Made by a program: the position numbers and the translations under genes. Of a DNA stretch of 64,000 bases, positions 29,268 to 37,838 are shown one piece after another. Numbering within the stretch: the stretch's first letter is position 1; every line of letters begins with the position of its first letter. The DNA comes from an uncultured Gammaproteobacteria bacterium (GTDB lineage: Bacteria > Patescibacteriota > Microgenomatia > Daviesbacterales > UBA10151). Under the pieces are notes generated by a model, which was given only the letters and a program-made list of their open reading frames with translations, did not search any database and was not told where the DNA came from. The stretch is from assembly GCA_964500725.1 (NCBI GenBank), contig CAZCNP010000001.1, positions 766 to 64,765 of the forward strand, written 5' to 3'.

Positions 29268-30224
29268 ATGAATAGAGTAGAAAATACCAAACAATATACT
29301 CGAGCAGATTTTCTAAGATTAGCAATAGGCGCTGCTTTAATTACAACAAGTTGCGCAAGGCAACCTGTCCCTACAGGATCCCCTCAAGTTGATGTAGGTA
29401 TCCGCCGAGAATTAGGTATATGGACACAAGAACAAGTAGAAACTTTTGCAGGGGCAATGATGGGTAACTCAGAATTTAACAATATTGCTTATGCAGGTTC
29501 TATACTCTTAGACAATCAACAAGGAAAACCTTCATTTTCCAAAAATGGCTCTATATTTTCTGATGAGAAGGCTAAAGTAGTTACTGTAGACAAAATAGAT
29601 CCTGCAGACTCTGGAATGAATGTACTTCAAGTAGCCCCAGTGGGAGCAATAATCAAAGTAAGTGATCAAAAGATTAATGCTAACCTCCGTTCGTTAACAG
29701 GTGGGCCTGATTTAAGAATGTCTGCTCCTGCATCTTTACAATTTAAAGAGATTAGAATTGATGGTGTAGTAACCAGAAATTATCCTGATTTTCTAATGCA
29801 TTTTTTAGTTGCCAAAGAGGTATTGAGCGCACAGGCTTTTGATATGGTGGCAAAATATGTTATGGCAAATACTCTATACCCTGATTACGAAAGGCCCAAG
29901 GATGAAAGAATAAGGAAAGCTGTGGAAACCTCAGCAATTAACAGTGGATTTGGTAGGGTACCCACATCCTTTATGGCAGATCTGTGGGGACATTATTTGT
30001 TACTACCTGACTATCTTAAGGCAATTGAGCAAGGCAAATTTTCTCAAGATGAACTTGACGGGGATATTTTAAGAGTCTTTAAAATAGCAAATGATAATTT
30101 TCAGAAAGCTGGAATTTTGGTAAAAGATCAGGATGGAAAATATAAGTGGACAGAGGATTCCAAAAAATTTTATGATACCTGGATTGATTTTTCTGTTGCT
30201 GGCTATAATGCCCTTCATAGATAA
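29268..30224 (+). CDS. Putative lipoprotein / secreted hypothetical protein
   Basis: Signal peptide with a lipobox-like LITTSC. Confidence 0.45.
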   Translation: MNRVENTKQYTRADFLRLAIGAALITTSCARQPVPTGSPQVDVGIRRELGIWTQEQVETFAGAMMGNSEFNNIAYAGSILLDNQQGKPSFSKNGSIFSDEKAKVVTVDKIDPADSGMNVLQVAPVGAIIKVSDQKINANLRSLTGGPDLRMSAPASLQFKEIRIDGVVTRNYPDFLMHFLVAKEVLSAQAFDMVAKYVMANTLYPDYERPKDERIRKAVETSAINSGFGRVPTSFMADLWGHYLLLPDYLKAIEQGKFSQDELDGDILRVFKIANDNFQKAGILVKDQDGKYKWTEDSKKFYDTWIDFSVAGYNALHR

Positions 30225-30280
30225 TTACATGCTGCAAACGTAATTCTTACACAAACCTTACCTTTATGTAATTTGACTTC

Positions 30281-30628
30281 TTGTATAAAAGAGGTAAAAT
30301 AGGCCCCAATCATATGAATAACACCCAAGACCCAAATTCATCTAACATATCTACCCTGCCAAAGGAGACTTTGCCTAATTCCACCCAGATTGAACCAGGA
30401 TACCAGATAGACCCAGTAACTAGTTCTGAATCTACAGAAGGATCAATAAACAATTTCCAAAAACCTGCTCCCAAATCACTTGAGGAAGTTAGAGCATATA
30501 TTAAAAATTTAACCACAAATCCTATTGCCCCTATTACTGTTGGAGGATCAAACTCTATACCTTACGAAAAGCCACAAGGATTAACAAAGCAACAACTGGC
30601 AGAACAAGTCAGAAACCGCAAACCTTAG
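30281..30628 (+). CDS. Hypothetical Ser/Thr/Pro-rich protein
   Basis: ORF with low-complexity composition. Confidence 0.35.
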   Translation: MYKRGKIGPNHMNNTQDPNSSNISTLPKETLPNSTQIEPGYQIDPVTSSESTEGSINNFQKPAPKSLEEVRAYIKNLTTNPIAPITVGGSNSIPYEKPQGLTKQQLAEQVRNRKP

Positions 30629-30662
30629 CAAATTTTGGTAAAAAGTTGTAAAATATACCTCC

Positions 30663-31295
30663 ATGAATACCTTTGGCAGTACCAGCAGTAAAGTAAACCC
30701 TAAGAATATTTTAGGAGGCATCTTAGGAGGATTTGAGGAAGATTTTGAGACAGAAGCCTCAATGGTTTCCAGTGCTGCTAAAAAGGGTGTTGGTGGACTG
30801 ATAGATGCAGTAATGGATTTAGGCCAGGATGTAGCAGGAATTGAACCGAAAAAAGAAACAAATGGGGAGGTAAAATTTCCCTCCAAAGGTACACTGGAGT
30901 TCAGTAATGCTCAAACAGCTCAAGCTGAACAGGCTAAAAAGCAAAAAGAAATTGATAGAAAAAAGGTATTCTTCCAAAACTTAAAAGAGGAACAAGCAAA
31001 AGCCCAAAGAGAAAAGGAACAATTAGAGGAAGAGATTGATGATATTGCTGCTAATTTACCAATAAGTCAAAAAAATGAGCTGCTTCACTACCAATCAAGC
31101 TATAAAGACAAAAGTGTTTATCAAAGGGCTGAATTGAGAAGAAAATTAATTGAGCAAAGAAAACAAGCAGATCAACAACAAAAAGATGAAAGTAAAGCTG
31201 CTACTAACCCTAAGGGTAAATTTTCCATGGGAGAAAATGAGCTGCTGATGGGTGGGGAAAATAAAGGTGGACATTGGTCCCAAAACCCAGGGTAA
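30663..31295 (+). CDS. Hypothetical coiled-coil protein (KQE-rich)
   Basis: ORF. Confidence 0.4.
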   Translation: MNTFGSTSSKVNPKNILGGILGGFEEDFETEASMVSSAAKKGVGGLIDAVMDLGQDVAGIEPKKETNGEVKFPSKGTLEFSNAQTAQAEQAKKQKEIDRKKVFFQNLKEEQAKAQREKEQLEEEIDDIAANLPISQKNELLHYQSSYKDKSVYQRAELRRKLIEQRKQADQQQKDESKAATNPKGKFSMGENELLMGGENKGGHWSQNPG

Positions 31296-31446
31296 TTTAG
31301 TCTTCTTGAATAAAAACCTTCTTTCACTTAAAATACACTCGGGTAGCCCTTGTCAAAAATTGTCATTTAGACAATTTATTGCAAGCGATCTCCCTTGATC
31401 AAAACAACTTTGAAGAAATTATAATTGTTTTGATCTTCGGTCCGAT

Positions 31447-31521
31447 GGACGGTTAGCTCAGTTGGTAGAGCGCTTTCTTGACGTGAAAGAGGTTTCACAG
31501 GTTCGAGCCCTGTACCGTCCA
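31447..31521 (+). tRNA. tRNA-Val (anticodon GAC)
   Basis: Acceptor GGACGGT/ACCGTCC, anticodon stem CTTTC/GAAAG, loop TTGACGT, T-loop TTCGAGC. Confidence 0.85.
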
Positions 31522-31654
31522 CAGCTTGACAAATATAAGCTTATAAAATATTATAAATAATAATGATTAGATTACCTCAAACATGTTGCACTACACCAAT
31601 CCCGCAAAGGGAGGTTTTGTAGTGTAGTTTGGTAAAAACCAAAAGCATACATAA

Positions 31655-31679
31655 GCCTCCTCACAAGGGAGGTTTTTTA
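31655..31679 (+). terminator. Rho-independent terminator (CCTCC tcacaag GGAGG + T6)
   Basis: GC stem followed by a T-run. A second weaker hairpin (tccc gcaaa ggga ggTTTTG) lies at about 31590-31616. Confidence 0.55.
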
Positions 31680-31701
31680 TTGGAAAAGAAAGGAGGACAA
31701 A

Positions 31702-31932
31702 ATGGCAAACAAAAGTATAGAAACCAGGGGATGCGGTTTAGCACCTGATGACCCAAGAATACCAAGAAGAGGTATTGCATACTCAGAACTCTCCCGAGTT
31801 ATACAAAACAATCGGGCTAGTAACGGTTTACCACCCCAAACACCTCAAGAGCATATTGCAGAGGTTTTAAAAACCGGTCATTATAAAGTCTGGGCAAGAG
31901 TAGTAGATGCTATTGTTGGTACTGGTTGCTAA
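31702..31932 (+). CDS. Hypothetical small protein (76 aa) with a strong SD (AAAGGAGG)
   Basis: ORF preceded by a Shine-Dalgarno site. GC is higher than in the neighbours. Confidence 0.4.
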   Translation: MANKSIETRGCGLAPDDPRIPRRGIAYSELSRVIQNNRASNGLPPQTPQEHIAEVLKTGHYKVWARVVDAIVGTGC

Positions 31933-31983
31933 TTATTTAGCACCCTTCTACTTAGATCTTGTTTTTGATATAGTAAAAATACT

Positions 31984-33744
31984 ATGAGTAATGAGAATGA
32001 AAATCTAAATAACCTAAGACACTCTTGTGCCCATCTTTTGGCTGCTGCTGTAAAGGAGCTTTGGCCTGGAACTCATAATGCAATTGGTCCCTCAATAGAA
32101 AATGGCTTTTACCAGGATTTTGACTTTGGCGAAAGAAAAATTTCAGAAGAAGATTTACCTAAGATTGAGAGAAAGATGCAGGATGTGGTGCAAAGCTGGG
32201 GGACATTTCAGGTAAAAGAAGTCTCTCCCGACCAAGCCAGGAAAGATTTTGCCAGCAACCCTTATAAACTTGAACTTATTGAAGAATTTGCCAAAGAAGG
32301 AAAAACACTTACAGAAAATGATCCAGGGAATTTCTTGGATTTATGCAAAGGTGGACATGTAGAAGGTGACCCTAAAAAGGAGTTAAAATATTTTAAACTT
32401 CTTTCTATTGCTGGAGCTTACTGGAGAGGATCTGAGAAAAATAAAATGCTCACCAGAATTTATGGAACTTGTTTTCCATCTAAACAAGAACTTGATGAAT
32501 ATTTAAACATGCTGGAAGAGGCTAAAAAAAGAGATCATCGAAAAATAGGTAAAGAGTTGGGACTTTTTGTATTCTCAGATTTAGTGGGAGCTGGACTACC
32601 TTTGCTTACTCCAAAAGGGGCAACTATTAGAAGAGAACTCGAAAGATTTATTGTTGATGAAGAATTAAAACGCGGATACCAGCATGTCTGGACACCCCCA
32701 CTTGCAAAAGTACAGTTATATGAAAAATCTGGACATTATCCTTACTACAAAGACACTATGTATCCTCCAATGAAGATTGATGAGGAAGAGTTAATCTTAA
32801 GACCAATGACTTGCCCTCATCACTTTATGCTTTACAAATCACAACCAAGAAGCTATAGGGAGCTCCCAGTAAGATACGCAGAAATTTCGCCTCAATTCCG
32901 CTATGAAAAAAGTGGAGAGCTAACAGGTCTGATGAGAGTAAGAATGTTTACACTTTCAGATGCACATATTATCTGTATCCCAGACCAGGCAAAAGAAGAA
33001 ATTAAAAAAGCTTTAGATTTAATAGATCATGCCAATAAAGTTTTTGGGTTGCGTAAAGGTATTGACTACAGATACAGGCTTTCTCTTGGGGATAGAAACA
33101 ACGAAACTAAATATTACAAAGATGATACAGCGTGGGAAAAAGTTGAGGAAACGTTAAGAGAAGTGTTGCAAGAAACAGAAGCTCCGTTTTATGAAGCAGA
33201 AAATGAAGCAGCTTTTTATGGACCAAAAATTGATGTGCAAATGAAAAATGTTTTAGGTAAAGAAGAAACAGCCTTTACAGTTCAATATGATTTCGTGATG
33301 CCAAAGAGGTTTGAATTAAGATACACTGATGCAGAAGGTAAAGAACAAGAACCTGTTGTTATTCATCGCTCATCCATAGGAGCTATTGAAAGAGTTATGG
33401 CTTTTTTAATTGAAAAATATGGAGGGGCTTTCCCAACATGGCTTGCACCCATTCAGGTACAAATTATACCCATTGCAGATCGCCATCAAGAATATGCACA
33501 AAAAGTACTCGAGCAACTTATATCCGCAAACATAAGAGCAGAGGTTGATACAAGGGCTGAAAAAATGCAAGCCAAAATTAGAGATGCTCAACTGCAAAAA
33601 ATCCCTTATATGATAATCATTGGAGACAGGGAAGAAAAAGAAGAAAAAGTTGCAGTTAGAGCAAGAGACGGAAAAGACCTGGGACCAATAGATTTTGCAG
33701 AGTTTTTAGACAAGATAAAACAAGAGGTTGAATCTCAAGCCTAA
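31984..33744 (+). CDS. thrS: Threonyl-tRNA synthetase (lacks the N-terminal TGS domain; starts in the editing domain)
   Basis: HSCAHLL editing motif, class II catalytic core and a C-terminal anticodon-binding domain. Confidence 0.9.
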   Translation: MSNENENLNNLRHSCAHLLAAAVKELWPGTHNAIGPSIENGFYQDFDFGERKISEEDLPKIERKMQDVVQSWGTFQVKEVSPDQARKDFASNPYKLELIEEFAKEGKTLTENDPGNFLDLCKGGHVEGDPKKELKYFKLLSIAGAYWRGSEKNKMLTRIYGTCFPSKQELDEYLNMLEEAKKRDHRKIGKELGLFVFSDLVGAGLPLLTPKGATIRRELERFIVDEELKRGYQHVWTPPLAKVQLYEKSGHYPYYKDTMYPPMKIDEEELILRPMTCPHHFMLYKSQPRSYRELPVRYAEISPQFRYEKSGELTGLMRVRMFTLSDAHIICIPDQAKEEIKKALDLIDHANKVFGLRKGIDYRYRLSLGDRNNETKYYKDDTAWEKVEETLREVLQETEAPFYEAENEAAFYGPKIDVQMKNVLGKEETAFTVQYDFVMPKRFELRYTDAEGKEQEPVVIHRSSIGAIERVMAFLIEKYGGAFPTWLAPIQVQIIPIADRHQEYAQKVLEQLISANIRAEVDTRAEKMQAKIRDAQLQKIPYMIIIGDREEKEEKVAVRARDGKDLGPIDFAEFLDKIKQEVESQA

Positions 33745-33789
33745 TTTATGTTAATATCTAGAGCAATTATGTCAAGGAGGGCTGGTTAA

Positions 33790-34320
33790 CTGGCCAAGTT
33801 TTATCGCTTAAACGAGCATATCCAGGCTCAAGAACTGAGGGTATTAGATTCCAAAGGTGAACAACTGGGAGTCTTATCCAAGCTTGAGGCTTTGGAAAAA
33901 GCTAAGCAGCTGGGGCAAGATTTAATAGAGATTGCTCCAAATGCTAATCCTCCTGTTGCCAAAATAGCTGATTTTCAAAAATTCAGGTATGAGGAAAGCA
34001 AAAAGGAAAGAGCGTCAAGAAGAGGTGCAGCTGGAGGAGAATTAAAAGAGTTATGGCTTTCTCCTAGAATAGCTGAGCACGACCTTAAGGTAAGGCTAAA
34101 TAGGACTGAAGAGTTTTTGAAAGATGGACATAAAGTAAAATTAACTGTCAAATTTAAAGGCAGGGAAATGGCTCATCAGGAAATTGGCCATCAGGTTTTA
34201 CAGGATGCCTTAAATCTTTTGGGGGATAAGGTGAGCATTGAAAGAGACCCAAAGATGGAGGGCAGAAAGCTGTCCATGATAGTAGGAAAAGGTAAGGGGA
34301 AAGGAGAGTCAAGAGTCTAG
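33790..34320 (+). CDS. infC: Translation initiation factor IF-3, probable non-AUG (CUG) start
   Basis: The N-domain (RLNEHIQAQELRVLDSKGEQLG) lies upstream of the ORF-track start, which is an internal TTG at 33892. Between the stop at 33787 and 33892 there is no ATG, GTG or TTG. AAGGAGG sits about 9 nt before the CTG at 33790. Confidence 0.75.
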   Translation: MAKFYRLNEHIQAQELRVLDSKGEQLGVLSKLEALEKAKQLGQDLIEIAPNANPPVAKIADFQKFRYEESKKERASRRGAAGGELKELWLSPRIAEHDLKVRLNRTEEFLKDGHKVKLTVKFKGREMAHQEIGHQVLQDALNLLGDKVSIERDPKMEGRKLSMIVGKGKGKGESRV

Positions 34321-34375
34321 ACAAAATCAGAAAGGAAATACTAGTCCCTAGACTCTAGCGACTAGTCACTAAAAT

Positions 34376-34573
34376 ATGCCAAAACAGAAAACAAATAAGT
34401 CAGTTTTAAAAAGAATCAAAATTACCTCCACAGGTAAGATTCTAAGAAGACATCAACTTGGTGCTGGACATTTAAAAAGGAAAAAAAGTAAAGGTGCTTT
34501 AAACAGGCAAAAAAAGACCAGCACATTTTTTAAAGGTGAAGCCAAAAGGCTTAGAAAGGTAATAGGGATATAA
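34376..34573 (+). CDS. rpmI: 50S ribosomal protein L35
   Basis: MPKQKTNKSVLKRIKITSTGK... is typical bL35. Confidence 0.9.
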   Translation: MPKQKTNKSVLKRIKITSTGKILRRHQLGAGHLKRKKSKGALNRQKKTSTFFKGEAKRLRKVIGI

Positions 34574-34709
34574 ATGGGTAGAGAAACTAGAAATTTTAAA
34601 CAAACAGGCAGATCAAGGTCAGGTAATCAATCTGCAAGAAATTATGCAGGGGTTAACAGACAAGGGTATTGGGGAAAAATAGTTAATTATTTTAATAAAG
34701 GAGGAAAAA

Positions 34710-35075
34710 ATGGCTCGAGTTAAACGAGGTGTTGTCTCACATAGAAAACATAAAAAAGTTTTAGAATTAACAAAGGGCCACAGAGGTGGCAGAAGCAAAA
34801 ACATTAAGGAAGCCAAGTCTTCCTTGCTTCATGCTGGAGCTTATGCTTTTGCTGGAAGAAAGTTAAGAAAAAGAGACATGAGAGCCCTTTGGATTGTCCA
34901 GCTTGGTAATGCTGTAAGAATGGAGGGCTTAAGTTACTCTAAATTTATAGCAGGATTAAAAGCTAAAAATATAAACCTTGATAGGAAAATCTTGGCTGAT
35001 TTAGCAGTTCACCACCTAGATGACTTTAAAAAAATTGTTGCCCAAGTGCGTACTGGCAGTGGGCGCTCATCCTGA
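34710..35075 (+). CDS. rplT: 50S ribosomal protein L20
   Basis: MARVKRGVVSHRKHKKVLELTKGHRGG... is typical bL20. SD AAAGGAGG upstream. Confidence 0.9.
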   Translation: MARVKRGVVSHRKHKKVLELTKGHRGGRSKNIKEAKSSLLHAGAYAFAGRKLRKRDMRALWIVQLGNAVRMEGLSYSKFIAGLKAKNINLDRKILADLAVHHLDDFKKIVAQVRTGSGRSS

Positions 35076-35751
35076 TGATATTGATATAGGTTGTTCTGGC
35101 ACTGTAGCCAAATATATATCTGAGGGCCACACAGTTTATTATCTGGTATTAACAGATGGCAGCAAAGGCTCTGAAGATCCCAAGATTTCCAGCAAAGAGC
35201 TAACCAGAATTAGAAGGGCTGAACAGCAGGCAGCTGCAGATACTTTAGGAGTTAAAAAGGTTTTTTTTCTAGACTTTGTTGATGGGGAACTGGAAAATAG
35301 CCCAGAACTTAAAAAAGAAATTATTAAAGTTATTAGATCCATTAAACCTAATACAGTAATTTGCTGGGATCCAACACTTTACTATGATGAAACCAGATCT
35401 TTTGTTAACCACCCAGACCATAGAGTTGGAGGGGAAGCTACTATGGATTGTGTGTATCCTTTTGCCAGAAATGCCAGAACTTTTCCTGAACTTTTAGAGC
35501 AAGGATTGGAATCCCATTGTGTGGAAGAGTTACTTTTAATAAATTTCAGTAAGGCAAATTATTTTGTGGATATTAGTAAAGTAATAGATAAAAAAATAGA
35601 AGCCCTTTTTAAACATGAAAGCCAATTTACAGATTTAAAGGCCTTTGGAGAAAGAATCAAAGAAATGAACAAAATAGCAGGGAAAAAAGCCAAACCAAAA
35701 GTAAAATATGCTGAAGGATATATAAGACTTATTCTTCGCCCCCCAGTTTGA
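35020..35751 (+). CDS. PIG-L / LmbE family N-acetylglucosaminyl deacetylase
   Basis: AHPDDIDIGCSGT motif. The start may be a downstream alternative codon near 35032, because the ATG frame overlaps the rplT end by 56 nt. Confidence 0.7.
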   Translation: MTLKKLLPKCVLAVGAHPDDIDIGCSGTVAKYISEGHTVYYLVLTDGSKGSEDPKISSKELTRIRRAEQQAAADTLGVKKVFFLDFVDGELENSPELKKEIIKVIRSIKPNTVICWDPTLYYDETRSFVNHPDHRVGGEATMDCVYPFARNARTFPELLEQGLESHCVEELLLINFSKANYFVDISKVIDKKIEALFKHESQFTDLKAFGERIKEMNKIAGKKAKPKVKYAEGYIRLILRPPV

Positions 35752-35786
35752 TTTGAAAATTATAGGTCTATATTATATAATTTTCA
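35752..35786. repeat. Perfect AT-rich palindrome (TTGAAAATTATA, 9-nt spacer, TATAATTTTCAA) just before the methyltransferase start
   Basis: Read directly from the sequence. Confidence 0.5.
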
Positions 35787-35787
35787 A

Positions 35788-36741
35788 ATGCCCGTACATT
35801 CAGTAGAAAAATATCTTCAAGACGAAAAAATTGCTCGTGATGACTTAGGCACATATATAGGTAATTTATTGGTCCGCCAAAGGCTTGTTAATGAAGCAGT
35901 ACTAGAATTTGCTCAACCTATATTGCCTGCTAAATCTTTGGTCATTGATGCATGCGCTGGTCCTGAAGGGAGCTGGCTAGCTGCTGCCAGAAGAGGCTAC
36001 CAATGGGTAGGAAATGATATCTCTGTAAAATTTGCTCATACTTTACGAAGAACTGGTGCTAATGTAGTAATGTCAGATTTTCCAAACGCTCCTTTTAAAG
36101 ACGAAATTGCAGATGCTGTATTTTTTATCTTTGCCCTAAATAATATATGCAACCCAAAAGAGGCTTTTGATGAAGCAGCTAGGATTACAAAACCAGGTGG
36201 AGTTATAGTAGGAGCAGAACCTGGATTATCGACCTGGGTAACCAAAATTCTATTCCATTCAGTTTTATCTCCATCATCTAAGCGAATACCGTTTAGTCAA
36301 GAAATAGAAAAGCAATTCGCAGATAAACCCTACTCAGAGATGGACTATACAGACCTCCTGGCAGAAAAAACGTTAGGATTAACTACTGCTGATCTTGCAA
36401 CTATTGCACAAACTGCAGCTAGTTCGGAGACAAAAATCCATAGAGCCCATTATAGATTTCATGAAACAATTTTGAAAATATATTTTGCCCAAGTTTTAGC
36501 TAAAAGCCAGAATGCTGGATTTAAATTAGAAAAAGCTGGAATCCTTGCTATCGCTCAATCACTTACAGAATGGGAGGTTAGCGCTCCAATTGAGCTTACA
36601 AGAAACCAATGGTTAGATCAATTCATGCAGGTAAGAGTGTGGAAAAGAGGGCAAAATTCACCAGTAGATCAACTTCCACCATCTATGGATAGAGCAGCTA
36701 GAAGAATAATCGTTCCTATTTTATGTATGAAAAAATCGTAA
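35788..36741 (+). CDS. Class I SAM-dependent methyltransferase
   Basis: VIDACAGPEGSW motif I. Confidence 0.6.
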   Translation: MPVHSVEKYLQDEKIARDDLGTYIGNLLVRQRLVNEAVLEFAQPILPAKSLVIDACAGPEGSWLAAARRGYQWVGNDISVKFAHTLRRTGANVVMSDFPNAPFKDEIADAVFFIFALNNICNPKEAFDEAARITKPGGVIVGAEPGLSTWVTKILFHSVLSPSSKRIPFSQEIEKQFADKPYSEMDYTDLLAEKTLGLTTADLATIAQTAASSETKIHRAHYRFHETILKIYFAQVLAKSQNAGFKLEKAGILAIAQSLTEWEVSAPIELTRNQWLDQFMQVRVWKRGQNSPVDQLPPSMDRAARRIIVPILCMKKS

Positions 36742-36794
36742 TTTAAATCAACTCTAAATAGCCTCACATTTATTATTATGTTAGAATCAAATTC

Positions 36795-37838
36795 ATGGAA
36801 GAAAAGATTTTACAGATTCAAAAAGATTATTTGGGAAAAATTAACCAAGCCCAAAACTTAAAGGAGCTTGATGAGATTTTCTTAGCCCTTTTTGGAAAAA
36901 CTGGAGAGCTGGATTTACTCCCTAAAGAATTTGGAAAACTGCCTCAGGAAGAAAGAAAAAAGGTAGGTCCACTTTTTAATTCAACAAAGCAAGCTTTAGA
37001 AAAAGCTATAGAAGAAAAAAGAACTGAAGTTAGGGAACAAAGCTACCAAGAACTTAAATCAGAAGAGCTTAACCTTCAGGCTAAAATAGAACCTAGAACA
37101 AGAAGAGGACATCTTCACCCCGTTACCCAGCTGGAACAAGAAATAGTTGATTTATTTGGTAAGCTAGGTTTTAAACAATTTGAAGCCCCCCATATAGATT
37201 CTGAAGAATATAATTTTGAGCTACTGAATATCCCTCAAGGACATCCTGCCAGAGACCTTTGGGATACTTTATATATTGATCCCCATAATTTAAAAGCTTC
37301 TCCAGGAGAGCTACTTTTAAGAACCCATACCTCAAATGCCCAAGTTAGAATTATGAAGGAACTCAAACCCCCAATCAGAATGATGATTATTGATAGATGT
37401 TTTAGGTATGAAAATGTGGATGCAAGACATGAGCATACTTTAGACCAATTTGAGATTGTTTATATAGACAAAGGTGTTAGTATGGCCAACCTTCAATACC
37501 TATCTGAATACTTTTTTAAAGGAATTTTAGGAGAAGATATTAAAGCCAGGTTAAGACCAAAATATTACCCTTTTGTTGAACCAGGAGCAGGAGTAGATGG
37601 GCTGTGTATTTTCTGTAAAGGAAAAGGCTGTAAAGTTTGTGGAGAAATGGGCTGGTTAGAACTGGCTGGAGCAGGAATGATTCACCCTCAAGTATTAAAA
37701 AATGGGGGGATAGATCCAAATGAGTATTCAGGAATTGCCTGGGGTGTAGGACCTGAAAGAATGGCTATGCTCAAGTATGGAGTAGAAAATATAAGATCTT
37801 TTAAAAGTGGTGATGTTAAATTTTTGGAGAAATATTAA
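36795..37838 (+). CDS. pheS: Phenylalanyl-tRNA synthetase alpha subunit
   Basis: Class II core motifs. Adjacent to pheT. Confidence 0.9.
   Translation: MEEKILQIQKDYLGKINQAQNLKELDEIFLALFGKTGELDLLPKEFGKLPQEERKKVGPLFNSTKQALEKAIEEKRTEVREQSYQELKSEELNLQAKIEPRTRRGHLHPVTQLEQEIVDLFGKLGFKQFEAPHIDSEEYNFELLNIPQGHPARDLWDTLYIDPHNLKASPGELLLRTHTSNAQVRIMKELKPPIRMMIIDRCFRYENVDARHEHTLDQFEIVYIDKGVSMANLQYLSEYFFKGILGEDIKARLRPKYYPFVEPGAGVDGLCIFCKGKGCKVCGEMGWLELAGAGMIHPQVLKNGGIDPNEYSGIAWGVGPERMAMLKYGVENIRSFKSGDVKFLEKY

Noticed and set aside
34574-34709. 35-aa ORF (MGRETRNFKQTGRSRSGNQ...) between rpmI and rplT.
   Set aside because: It is more likely the rplT leader, where L20 autoregulatory structures are common, and there is no SD in front of it.
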